Positions 28,048 through 35,791 of a DNA stretch of 64,000 nucleotides are shown here, piece after piece. Below the pieces are notes generated by a model that had not been told where the DNA came from, searched no databases, and saw only the letters and a list, made by a program, of their open reading frames with translations. The stretch is from an uncultured bacterium (GTDB lineage: Bacteria > Muiribacteriota > UBA6191), in assembly GCA_964503595.1 (NCBI GenBank), contig CAZDAM010000003.1, positions 5,844 to 69,843 on the forward strand. The letters are read 5' to 3'. The stretch's first letter is position 1, and each line of letters starts with the position of its first letter. Position numbers and translations under genes: made by a program.

Positions 28048-28410
28048 ATGGCAATAGAGAAAGTCCGCGCTGCATATACTCGTCTGGAAGAATTGGCTGC
28101 CAGGCTTGAAGAGCTTCGTAATCATCGGGCCCAGGAGCGCTATGAATGGGTGAATCAGGCACGTGAGTTTGTGGAAACATCTTCGGTAGCTCGTTCCGAG
28201 GCTTTAGGGCAGTTCCGTACCATGCACCCGGAGCCGGTGGAGATTGCAGTTCCTGAAGAGCATCGCAATCCATGTCTTCAGTTGCATCCGGCCAGGGTTG
28301 AAGCCCTGATTGCAATCTATGAGGAAATGGTTTCAGAGAATCGCGGACCGTTGTCCCGTCAGGAAATTGAGTTTTTCTTTGAGGATTGCGATCTGGTAGA
28401 AACAGCCTGA
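28048..28410 (+). CDS. Hypothetical protein
   Basis: 120-aa ORF with a coiled-coil-like N-terminus. Heads a three-ORF, closely spaced string. Confidence 0.35.
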   Translation: MAIEKVRAAYTRLEELAARLEELRNHRAQERYEWVNQAREFVETSSVARSEALGQFRTMHPEPVEIAVPEEHRNPCLQLHPARVEALIAIYEEMVSENRGPLSRQEIEFFFEDCDLVETA

Positions 28411-28440
28411 AATGTCAATTCTCTGAAATGAGCTGCTGGT

Positions 28441-28803
28441 TTGTACACCAGCGGCTCATTCCGTTTTATCGGGCTTGGCAGTCTGGAGCGTTTTGAAGGT
28501 ACGGATTTGTATCTCTACCAGTTTGCCGGCAAACCGATGGCCGTCGAAGAGCTTGAGGTTCTCAAGCAGATCTTAAACACCAATGAAAAAACCCAGGCCG
28601 AAATTGTGACGCCGGTTTTAGAGCGGGGGACGAGCGGCAAGATTTACTTTCGTCTGCAGGATGAAGAGGATCGGAACAAAGCTGAAGTTGGGGAAACCGA
28701 ACCGTTGGTACAGCTGACTTCACGGGGTTTGGAAGTCTGGCGCTGGTTCAATCCAAGAGAAGAGTTCAACCTCATGTTCAAACTGAATCTGGAGAAAAAA
28801 TGA
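28441..28803 (+). CDS. Hypothetical protein
   Basis: 120-aa ORF whose stop overlaps the next ORF start (ATGA). Confidence 0.35.
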   Translation: MYTSGSFRFIGLGSLERFEGTDLYLYQFAGKPMAVEELEVLKQILNTNEKTQAEIVTPVLERGTSGKIYFRLQDEEDRNKAEVGETEPLVQLTSRGLEVWRWFNPREEFNLMFKLNLEKK

Positions 28804-29342
28804 AACAGCTCCTGGCGCTTGTTTTGCTGGCCTCACCGTTCCGGGCTTCGGATCGCATTCTGGATTATGTCAATCATCCGGAAAATCTTCAGAAGACCAT
28901 GGAAAAAAATGCCTTGGAATCGATCGGGGAAATGAGGATGCTGGAACTGATTCAGGGAATTCTGAATCAGGCTGGACTGGGGGTTTCCTATTCGGTTGTG
29001 CGAAAAATCCAGGGCTATGATGTTCATGAAGTGAAGCACGAGAATGGAACCTCGGCATGGATTTCGCCGTTTGCGGGTGAATACCCTTTTCCTTCAGAAA
29101 CTCCCCGGAGTCCAGGTTTTCAAAGAGTTGGGAAAAATCCCATCCGCCGGTTTTTGCCGGCTTTTCTCCGGGCTTCAGGCCAAGGCTTAAATGATAGGTC
29201 ATTCCAGCCAGGCTCAGATAGATCTCCCGGATGTCATAGGGGTTGTGCGGGGAAAGAAATTCCCTTTCCTCTGTTTCAAGTTCAAAGTCAGGATCCAGCC
29301 ATAGCCCGAAATCTCCCAGGACGAAAAGCTCTCCATTGGTGA
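28800..29342 (+). CDS. Hypothetical secreted protein; 3' extent doubtful
   Basis: Signal-peptide-like 'MKQLLALVLLASPFRA'. Good coding look only to about 29080. Overlaps antisense with the kinase-like ORF. Confidence 0.25.
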   Translation: MKQLLALVLLASPFRASDRILDYVNHPENLQKTMEKNALESIGEMRMLELIQGILNQAGLGVSYSVVRKIQGYDVHEVKHENGTSAWISPFAGEYPFPSETPRSPGFQRVGKNPIRRFLPAFLRASGQGLNDRSFQPGSDRSPGCHRGCAGKEIPFPLFQVQSQDPAIARNLPGRKALHW

Positions 29343-29777
29343 GAAGATTCATGAAATGGGCATCCCGATGAAGAATTCCCTGCTGCTCCAGAAACTGGCA
29401 GGCGGATTCAAGCTGCCCAAGACATTCAGGGACCTGGGCCTGATTTTGGGGAAGCCAGCTGTAAAGACTGTAGGGGAAAAAATCCAGAATCAGCAGAATT
29501 TCCTGGGTCGTATCATGTCGGGCTTCCACATAGTTTCGGATGGAGGTCTGATTTCCCCAGTATTCAAAATAAGAATCCGGATGCTTTTGCAGGTTCTGCT
29601 TCACCTGGGCAGGGAATAGAGATTTCGGGTTGAATCGGGGTGGCCGCTTTCCAGATCCGTCAAGGGAATGCCTTCCAGAAAAACAGGCATTCCCTCAATC
29701 TGGACAATCTGATTCCAGCCCCAGCCGGGTTTGACCGAATCAAAGTCCGCCAGCCCAAGAATTTCCTCCTGGCTCAT
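28870..29777 (-). pseudogene. Small protein-kinase-fold (Kdo-kinase/APH-like) gene, apparently split by a frameshift near 29604
   Basis: Downstream ORF carries the catalytic loop 'ILHRDAHFMNLL' and 'LGDFG' but has no N-lobe. A 58-aa ORF (29777-29601, frame shifted) with a good coding look abuts it immediately downstream of sodC. Confidence 0.4.
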
Positions 29778-29834
29778 GCCAAGAAGCTTGTTGCGGATGG
29801 AATGAAATCTCAGGTGGCGATCTGATATGGGTTC

Positions 29835-30380
29835 CTAGTTTTCTGCTCGGATCACACCACAGCCAATGCGCCCTCCCGAGCCTCCGATGGGCTGGGTAAA
29901 GTGATCATCGGGCTGGGCGTGGATCATCAGGGTAGAGCCGTCACTGTCCAGCAGTGCGGGCTGATCCTGTGTTCCATGAAGGCTGACGAGTTCGGTGTAG
30001 ACTTCGGTTTCCACGGTTCCGTCACGGTGAACAATCAGATTTGGAAGGTTACCTTCGTGAGGGCCTTCGGGATTCAGGAAGCCGTGCGGTTTGCCCGAGG
30101 GCATGATGTGACCTCCGGCAAGCTTGAAGCCGGCTGAGGTGTCTTCACAGGTGCCTACATGATGGAAATGCATGCCGTGTTTGCCGGAAGGCAGCCCTCC
30201 GGCCTTGATGTGAATCAGGACGCCGTGGGATCCCTGAGTGTATTTGGCATGACCAATGATACGGCCATTATTGTCGATGATATTGCTGTAGGCCTGGGAG
30301 CCAAGATGAGCCTTATCAGCAAAATTTGTGGTGAGCAGGCCACTGATGGCCATTGTTGCAAAGGCTATTTTTTTGAGCAT
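29835..30380 (-). CDS. sodC: Periplasmic Cu/Zn superoxide dismutase
   Basis: Signal peptide, 'HGMHFHHVGTCE', 'GGHIMPSGKPHG', 'GGSGGRIGCGVI'. Confidence 0.85.
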   Translation of the reverse strand: MLKKIAFATMAISGLLTTNFADKAHLGSQAYSNIIDNNGRIIGHAKYTQGSHGVLIHIKAGGLPSGKHGMHFHHVGTCEDTSAGFKLAGGHIMPSGKPHGFLNPEGPHEGNLPNLIVHRDGTVETEVYTELVSLHGTQDQPALLDSDGSTLMIHAQPDDHFTQPIGGSGGRIGCGVIRAEN

Positions 30381-30523
30381 ATTCTCTCCCGTTCACAAAT
30401 GAGACCCGAGTCTACCCCAGAGGCTTGAAAACTGACAGGAATGTTCGAAAATCTAAAAGGCTGGAGTCAGTTGGTTTCTTTAATTGATGCATGAAGTTTA
30501 TTTTTGAGGCAGAATGGAATCTT

Positions 30524-30994
30524 ATGCAAATCAGCCAGCAGACAGATTATGCAATGCGCATCCTGATTTTTCTGGGGACCATGCCTGCCTCCCAGGGGCC
30601 TTGGCCTGCTAGGCATATTGCTGATGTTTATCAGATTCAGCTTTCTCATCTGAATAAGGCCATTCAGGCATTGGCAGATAAGGGATATGTCCGCTCCACT
30701 GCCGGACGCAATGGCGGGATTTCTCTGAATATTCATCCCTGGGAGCTCTCCCTTGGGGATGTGATGCGCTGCACCGAACCGGAATGGAATCAGAGTGACT
30801 GTCTGCGCGGATGCGAGGATACCTGCATTCTGGCAACCATCTGCCAGGTCAAAAAAGAATTTCTGAAAAGTATGGGAGTGTTTCTGGAGCGGCTGGATCA
30901 GGTGACTCTTGAAGATGTCCTGATCAATCGCAAGGAACTCTCGGATGTTTTCTGGGATCGCCTGGAAGCCAACGGGCATGTCACTCTTGTCTAG
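30524..30994 (+). CDS. Rrf2 family transcriptional regulator (IscR/NsrR-like, probable Fe-S sensor)
   Basis: 'MQISQQTDYAMRILIFLG' Rrf2 HTH and the Cys cluster 'DCLRGCEDTCILATIC'. Confidence 0.75.
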   Translation: MQISQQTDYAMRILIFLGTMPASQGPWPARHIADVYQIQLSHLNKAIQALADKGYVRSTAGRNGGISLNIHPWELSLGDVMRCTEPEWNQSDCLRGCEDTCILATICQVKKEFLKSMGVFLERLDQVTLEDVLINRKELSDVFWDRLEANGHVTLV

Positions 30995-31001
30995 GCCCTG
31001 A

Positions 31002-31637
31002 ATGAAGACCCGTAATATTGCTTTGGGAGGTTTTGCCCTTGCTTCCCTGGCAGGTTATATCAATGCTTCCATGCTTCAGGTGTTTCATGTTCCGGTCAGT
31101 CATATGAGCGGAGCGGCCACCAGGCTGGGAGGCGCTCTTGGGACAGGGCATCTGGCGGATGTTGCTGCCGGGTTCAGTATTCTCCTGTCCTTCTTTCTGG
31201 GAGCTGCCTTAAGCGGTTATCTGATCGACTCCCGAGTCCTGGAGCCCTCCCCCCGCTATGGCATGGCCCTGATGCTGGAAGGAATGCTTCTGGCTGGGGT
31301 CTGTCTGGTCCATCACGAGCTTCTGGGGGCTTCGATGGCAGCTTTTGCCTGTGGTCTTCAGAATGCCATGGCAACATCTTTTCGGGGGCTGGTCCTCAGG
31401 ACAACCCATGTAACCGGGATTCTGACGGATCTGGGTCTTTATGCGGGGAGATTTCTGCATGGGGAAAGACCCTCCCGATCCAATGTCTGGATTCTGGTTT
31501 CCCTTTTGACTGGATTTGTGGGTGGAGGGTTTCTGGCTCTTTATCTGATGCCCTTGCTTAGACAGGCTCTTCTGTGGCCTTCGGCAGCAGCGGCCTTTTT
31601 AGGTGGTCTGGGGTATTTTCTATGGATTCGCCGGTAG
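31002..31637 (+). CDS. YoaK/DUF1275 family membrane protein
   Basis: 'THVTGILTDLG' signature with 6 TM segments. Confidence 0.65.
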   Translation: MKTRNIALGGFALASLAGYINASMLQVFHVPVSHMSGAATRLGGALGTGHLADVAAGFSILLSFFLGAALSGYLIDSRVLEPSPRYGMALMLEGMLLAGVCLVHHELLGASMAAFACGLQNAMATSFRGLVLRTTHVTGILTDLGLYAGRFLHGERPSRSNVWILVSLLTGFVGGGFLALYLMPLLRQALLWPSAAAAFLGGLGYFLWIRR

Positions 31638-32329
31638 TTCCTGCCCTTGTTCCTCAAACTGCCCGATTGCCGGATGACGAAACTCTGGATCGCCTGTCGC
31701 ATGATTTGGGCTATGGTCCTGGCTTTGCGGTTCTTGAGAATTGCCCGGCTTCTGATCTGGCAGAAAGACTTTATCGTGAGGCCAGGGAGCTGCTTCCTGA
31801 GTTTCAGCCGGCGGGAATCGGAAGGGGACAGGACAACACGGTGGTATCTCAGATTCGGCGTGATCAGACCTTCTGGCTCGATGGAACGACTGAGCCCCAG
31901 CTTGAGTTTCTGTCTCTTCTGGAAGCCCTCCGGCTGGAATTGAACCGGCGCCTGTTTCTGGGGATTTTTGACTTTGAGTCCCACTATGCCTGCTACAAGC
32001 CCGGAGCCTTTTACAAGAGGCATTTTGACAGCTTTCGCGGAGCGAAGAACCGGGTTTTGTCAGTGGTTACCTGGCTGAACCCGGACTGGAAGCCCGGAGA
32101 TGGGGGCGAGCTGAGAATCTGGCCTGAAAATCAGGACGCGCTGGATATCGCACCGACTTTTGCCCGGACCATCGTTTTTCTGAGTGAAGAGATGGAGCAT
32201 GAAGTGCTGGTGACCCACAAGCCCCGCTTCTCGATTGCAAGCTGGTTTCGGGTCCGGGCAGCCAAGGTCAAAACCCCTGGGGTTCTGCCTTCTTCTATTG
32301 CCGGTTCATTTCGATCGGGCCCCAGCTGA
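31622..32329 (+). CDS. 2OG-Fe(II) oxygenase superfamily protein (PKHD-type hydroxylase-like)
   Basis: 'YKRHFDSF' (HxD), distal 'HEVLVTHKPRFSIASWFR' (His and RxS). Confidence 0.65.
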   Translation: MDSPVVPALVPQTARLPDDETLDRLSHDLGYGPGFAVLENCPASDLAERLYREARELLPEFQPAGIGRGQDNTVVSQIRRDQTFWLDGTTEPQLEFLSLLEALRLELNRRLFLGIFDFESHYACYKPGAFYKRHFDSFRGAKNRVLSVVTWLNPDWKPGDGGELRIWPENQDALDIAPTFARTIVFLSEEMEHEVLVTHKPRFSIASWFRVRAAKVKTPGVLPSSIAGSFRSGPS

Positions 32330-32506
32330 AGCCGCTGCTCTCAAGAGTCATCGGCAGGCTGAAAAAAGAAACTCCGATCATAAGCACCATCAAAAGACCG
32401 TAAAACTGATCCCAGGTCCATCCGTTTTTCATGGTTTCCTCCTTGCCATTCAACTCATTATCGAGAAATTCCGGCTAGGAAAACAGGGCCAGATCCGGGA
32501 GAGTTT

Positions 32507-33331
32507 TCAGGGAACAGAAGGGACCAGTTTATGGATTTCCTCCTGAAGGATGCGCATTCCCCGGTTCCAGTCCTTATCGCAGTGAGCCGAGATATTGAGA
32601 CGGAAACAGTTGGCATGGCGGCCGGAGGTAGAGAAGACGGTGCCGGGAAGAATGAACACTCCCCGTTCGCTGAGTCTCCAGAAAAGAGCCTCGGCATCCA
32701 GATCCGGGACTTCCACCCACAAAAAGACTCCTCCGGAAGGCATGGTCATGCGGGAATTTCCCGGCAGTCGGGAGGGGAGATCCAGAAGGATTTCATCCAG
32801 GGCCAGATTCATGGCTTCCATGCAGCCGCTGGTGACGAGAATTTCCTCCGGGTTGATGGGAGTGCCGCCTTCCACCATGTGGGCGGCCAGAATGGTTCGA
32901 AGTTCGGTGAGACCGGCGACCGGGGCATAGGAGAGGAGACTTGGCTGAAGCATGGCCTCCCGGAGAAGATCGGCCAGGGTCTTCTGGGGCATCAGGCTGA
33001 GATGAAGGCTGGCGGAGCCCAGATCGAGCATATCGGGCTTGCGGAAAAACTCGGTGATGCCTTCATTTTTGGGTTCGGGACGGGTGGCAATCGGAGAGCT
33101 GGGTCTGTGTTCGGCCCGCCTGACGAAAAAGCCGGAGTGTTCACGGGTTTCGATTTTTCCGAGACTCTCCAGTTCGTAGTAGGCCTTGAGGATGGTGTTG
33201 CGGCTTACTCCCTGCTGATACATCAGATCCCTGACGGAGGGCATGCGGCTTCCGATGGGATAAACTCCCTGTTCGATGCCTTTCAAAAGCGTGGAGGCAA
33301 GGCGCTGCCAGGCAAAACCATCCGTTCCCAT
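32507..33331 (-). CDS. MocR-like GntR-family regulator with an internally deleted aminotransferase domain
   Basis: GntR wHTH 'SVRDLMYQQGVSRNTILKAYYELESLG'. An AAT-like N-part then joins directly to the C-terminal small domain 'GGVFLWVEVP...NCFRLN'. Only 274 aa against about 470 expected. Confidence 0.55.
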   Translation of the reverse strand: MGTDGFAWQRLASTLLKGIEQGVYPIGSRMPSVRDLMYQQGVSRNTILKAYYELESLGKIETREHSGFFVRRAEHRPSSPIATRPEPKNEGITEFFRKPDMLDLGSASLHLSLMPQKTLADLLREAMLQPSLLSYAPVAGLTELRTILAAHMVEGGTPINPEEILVTSGCMEAMNLALDEILLDLPSRLPGNSRMTMPSGGVFLWVEVPDLDAEALFWRLSERGVFILPGTVFSTSGRHANCFRLNISAHCDKDWNRGMRILQEEIHKLVPSVP

Positions 33332-34470
33332 CAGCCTCCCATGGCCAAAGCCAGAGTCTCAACCTGCTTTTTGGTGTTGAACATGTGAAAAGAGAGCCTC
33401 AGGTTTCCCTCGCGAACGCTGGCATCAATTCTTTCCTGCCTGAGTCTTTCTTCCAGAAGAGCGGATTCCATGTTTTTGAGCTTAAGGCAGACAATGGAAG
33501 ACTGTCCACTGGGCTCACAGACTTCGACATTGCCAGAGGGGACAATATCAAGAAAGTGCCGGACCAGAGCCATATTATGCTCTTCAATCTGTTTCAGGCC
33601 GATTTCAAGAAAGAGCTGAAGGCTTCCTTTCAGAAGGGCCATGGGAAGCATGTTCGGGGCCTGTCCGCGATCAAAGCGCCGGGCGCCGGGCAGGGATTCG
33701 GTGGTGTATTTCACCAGGCTGCCGACTTCCTTGCTGTTGGGGCTGGAAAGCCAGGAGGCATGGGTACGCCGAATCTGGTCCAGGGCGTTGGGAGAGAAGC
33801 GGGCAAAGGCATGACCATAGGGGCCGAGCATCCATTTATAGCTGACGCAGGCCAGAATATCGATCACTTCCAGCTCTTCCTTGCGGATCCCGCGTGAGCC
33901 CAGACACTGTGAGGCATCGACCAGAAACAGGATGCCCCGCTTCTTGAGCTCTCTGCCAAGTCCGACAATATCCAGGCAGGTTCCGGTATCAAAACGCACC
34001 AGACTCAGATCCACGAGTCTGGTCTGTGGTGGCAGGTTCTGGATAAGCTGGCCGATATCGGTGAAATCGGCGGGCTTCTGACGATGCAGGGTGAATCCCA
34101 GCTGCTCTTCATTGATCATCCAGGGCAGAATATTGGAAGGGTAGTCTCCTTCCATGACAACGATGGCATCGCCGGGCTGGTAGGTGATGCCGTTGACCAC
34201 ATGGGAGATGATTTCGGATACCGAGGTGGAATGGGCGACTTCATCGGCAGGACAGCCAATCACCTGGGCCAGAAGAGTCCGCATTTCTTCTGTCAGATCG
34301 ACCCAGGCCCGGTAAGGATAGCCGGAAGGATCCATTTCTCTTTCCAGAGCTTTCAGGGCCAGAGTTTTGGCACGGGCCGGAGAGGGGCCGAAGTAGGCGC
34401 TGTTAAAAAACAGGGTGGAGAGATGGGCAAATTCCTGCTGTACGGTCTCAGACTCCAGTGCGGCCATCAT
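33331..34470 (-). CDS. Aminotransferase class V-fold PLP-dependent enzyme (cysteine desulfurase/epimerase-like)
   Basis: 379 aa with class V fold blocks 'GDAIVVMEGDYPSN' and 'ILFLVDASQCLG'. Start/stop abuts the MocR-like gene. Confidence 0.6.
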   Translation of the reverse strand: MMAALESETVQQEFAHLSTLFFNSAYFGPSPARAKTLALKALEREMDPSGYPYRAWVDLTEEMRTLLAQVIGCPADEVAHSTSVSEIISHVVNGITYQPGDAIVVMEGDYPSNILPWMINEEQLGFTLHRQKPADFTDIGQLIQNLPPQTRLVDLSLVRFDTGTCLDIVGLGRELKKRGILFLVDASQCLGSRGIRKEELEVIDILACVSYKWMLGPYGHAFARFSPNALDQIRRTHASWLSSPNSKEVGSLVKYTTESLPGARRFDRGQAPNMLPMALLKGSLQLFLEIGLKQIEEHNMALVRHFLDIVPSGNVEVCEPSGQSSIVCLKLKNMESALLEERLRQERIDASVREGNLRLSFHMFNTKKQVETLALAMGG

Positions 34471-34817
34471 TCCTTTTATCCTTTCTTATCCCCCGGCCTC
34501 ACTGTAACACCGTTAATCCATAGGGATCCAGATCTGAAAAACAGGCAGCAAAATGTTTGGTAGTCAACGATTAGATGAAGCTGATTTTTTACTCTCTGGC
34601 CTTGTGATAGGATCTTTGGGCTGGTGCACCCACCATTATTTCTTTCACTCTTCACACAGAGCTAAAAGCATCAAGTCCTGTACTTTTCTACTGCATCTGA
34701 AGGCTGCTCTGGCCGATAAGGGTGTGCAAAAGTTACAAAAGTTCTTGTTTGTTTTCATCTGTTTTTCTACTGGGCGTTATGTGCGGAATGTAACCTATTT
34801 TCAATGGAGAATGTGTA

Positions 34818-35747
34818 GTGTTTTCTTGCAAGCTGTGTGATGCTCATCAAGCAAAGATCTCTGAGCATAAAGATGCAAAAAGCGGCGAGATCCTGTCGAT
34901 CGCTTTTTGTCAGTCCTGTGGTTTGGTGCAACAGACCGAAATTGCCTCAGATGAAGCGCTAAAAATTTATTATTCACATCATTATCGAACGGATTACAAG
35001 AACACTTACAAGCCTAAACTTAGATACGTTTTTCGTGCAGGCAATGCGGCGTTGAAACGCCTGGAATTTCTGCAAAGAGTGATCTCGAAGCCAGAGGCGA
35101 AGTCGCTCATTGACATAGGTGCGGGTGGCGGCGAATTTGTCTATCTGGCCCAGAAGAGTGGATTCCTGGCGCGTGGGATAGAGCCGAATCAGGGTTATTC
35201 GGAATATGCGCGTGACGAATATGGTGCTCGCGTGGATACCCTTATGCTGGATACATTAGAAAACGCATCTGCAGATGTTGTTACGCTGTTTCATGTATTT
35301 GAGCATATGGCCAAGCCGCTAGAAACCATGCGTAAGATTTCAGACATCCTGACCAAGGATGGCTATCTCTTTATTGAAGTTCCGAATATTCTTCAGGCTG
35401 ATGCTTCGCCGCATAACATCTTCTTCAAGGCGCATTTGTTTTACTACAGTCGCTACACGCTTGAGGCTGCAGCTGCGCCGTTTTTTGAAACATTGTTGGT
35501 AGAGGATGGTGGCAACCTTAAGATGCTATTTCGAAAGAAGTCCGTTGCCTTGCCCGCAGTTGTGTCACAAAACTCTGAAGCGGTTATCCAGACACAGCTG
35601 CGACTACACCACAAGGGGTGGATTGAATACTTATTCAAAGCTGGAGGAGCTCTCAAGCTTTTCCGGAGAATTGTTCAGTCTCGACAGGAGAGCACTCTGG
35701 CGGATCCAAGTGCTAAAGCATTGCTTGACCGCTTATTTTTGCAATAG
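34818..35747 (+). CDS. Class I SAM-dependent methyltransferase with N-terminal zinc-ribbon (C-methyltransferase-like)
   Basis: 'CKLCDAHQ...CQSCG' Zn ribbon and 'LIDIGAGGGEF' motif I. The gene and its 350-nt upstream region are visibly lower in GC than the flanks. Confidence 0.65.
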   Translation: MFSCKLCDAHQAKISEHKDAKSGEILSIAFCQSCGLVQQTEIASDEALKIYYSHHYRTDYKNTYKPKLRYVFRAGNAALKRLEFLQRVISKPEAKSLIDIGAGGGEFVYLAQKSGFLARGIEPNQGYSEYARDEYGARVDTLMLDTLENASADVVTLFHVFEHMAKPLETMRKISDILTKDGYLFIEVPNILQADASPHNIFFKAHLFYYSRYTLEAAAAPFFETLLVEDGGNLKMLFRKKSVALPAVVSQNSEAVIQTQLRLHHKGWIEYLFKAGGALKLFRRIVQSRQESTLADPSAKALLDRLFLQ

Positions 35748-35791
35748 CAGGACTGCCTCACTGCTTCCCATCATGGAATTCCTCTCTCAGG

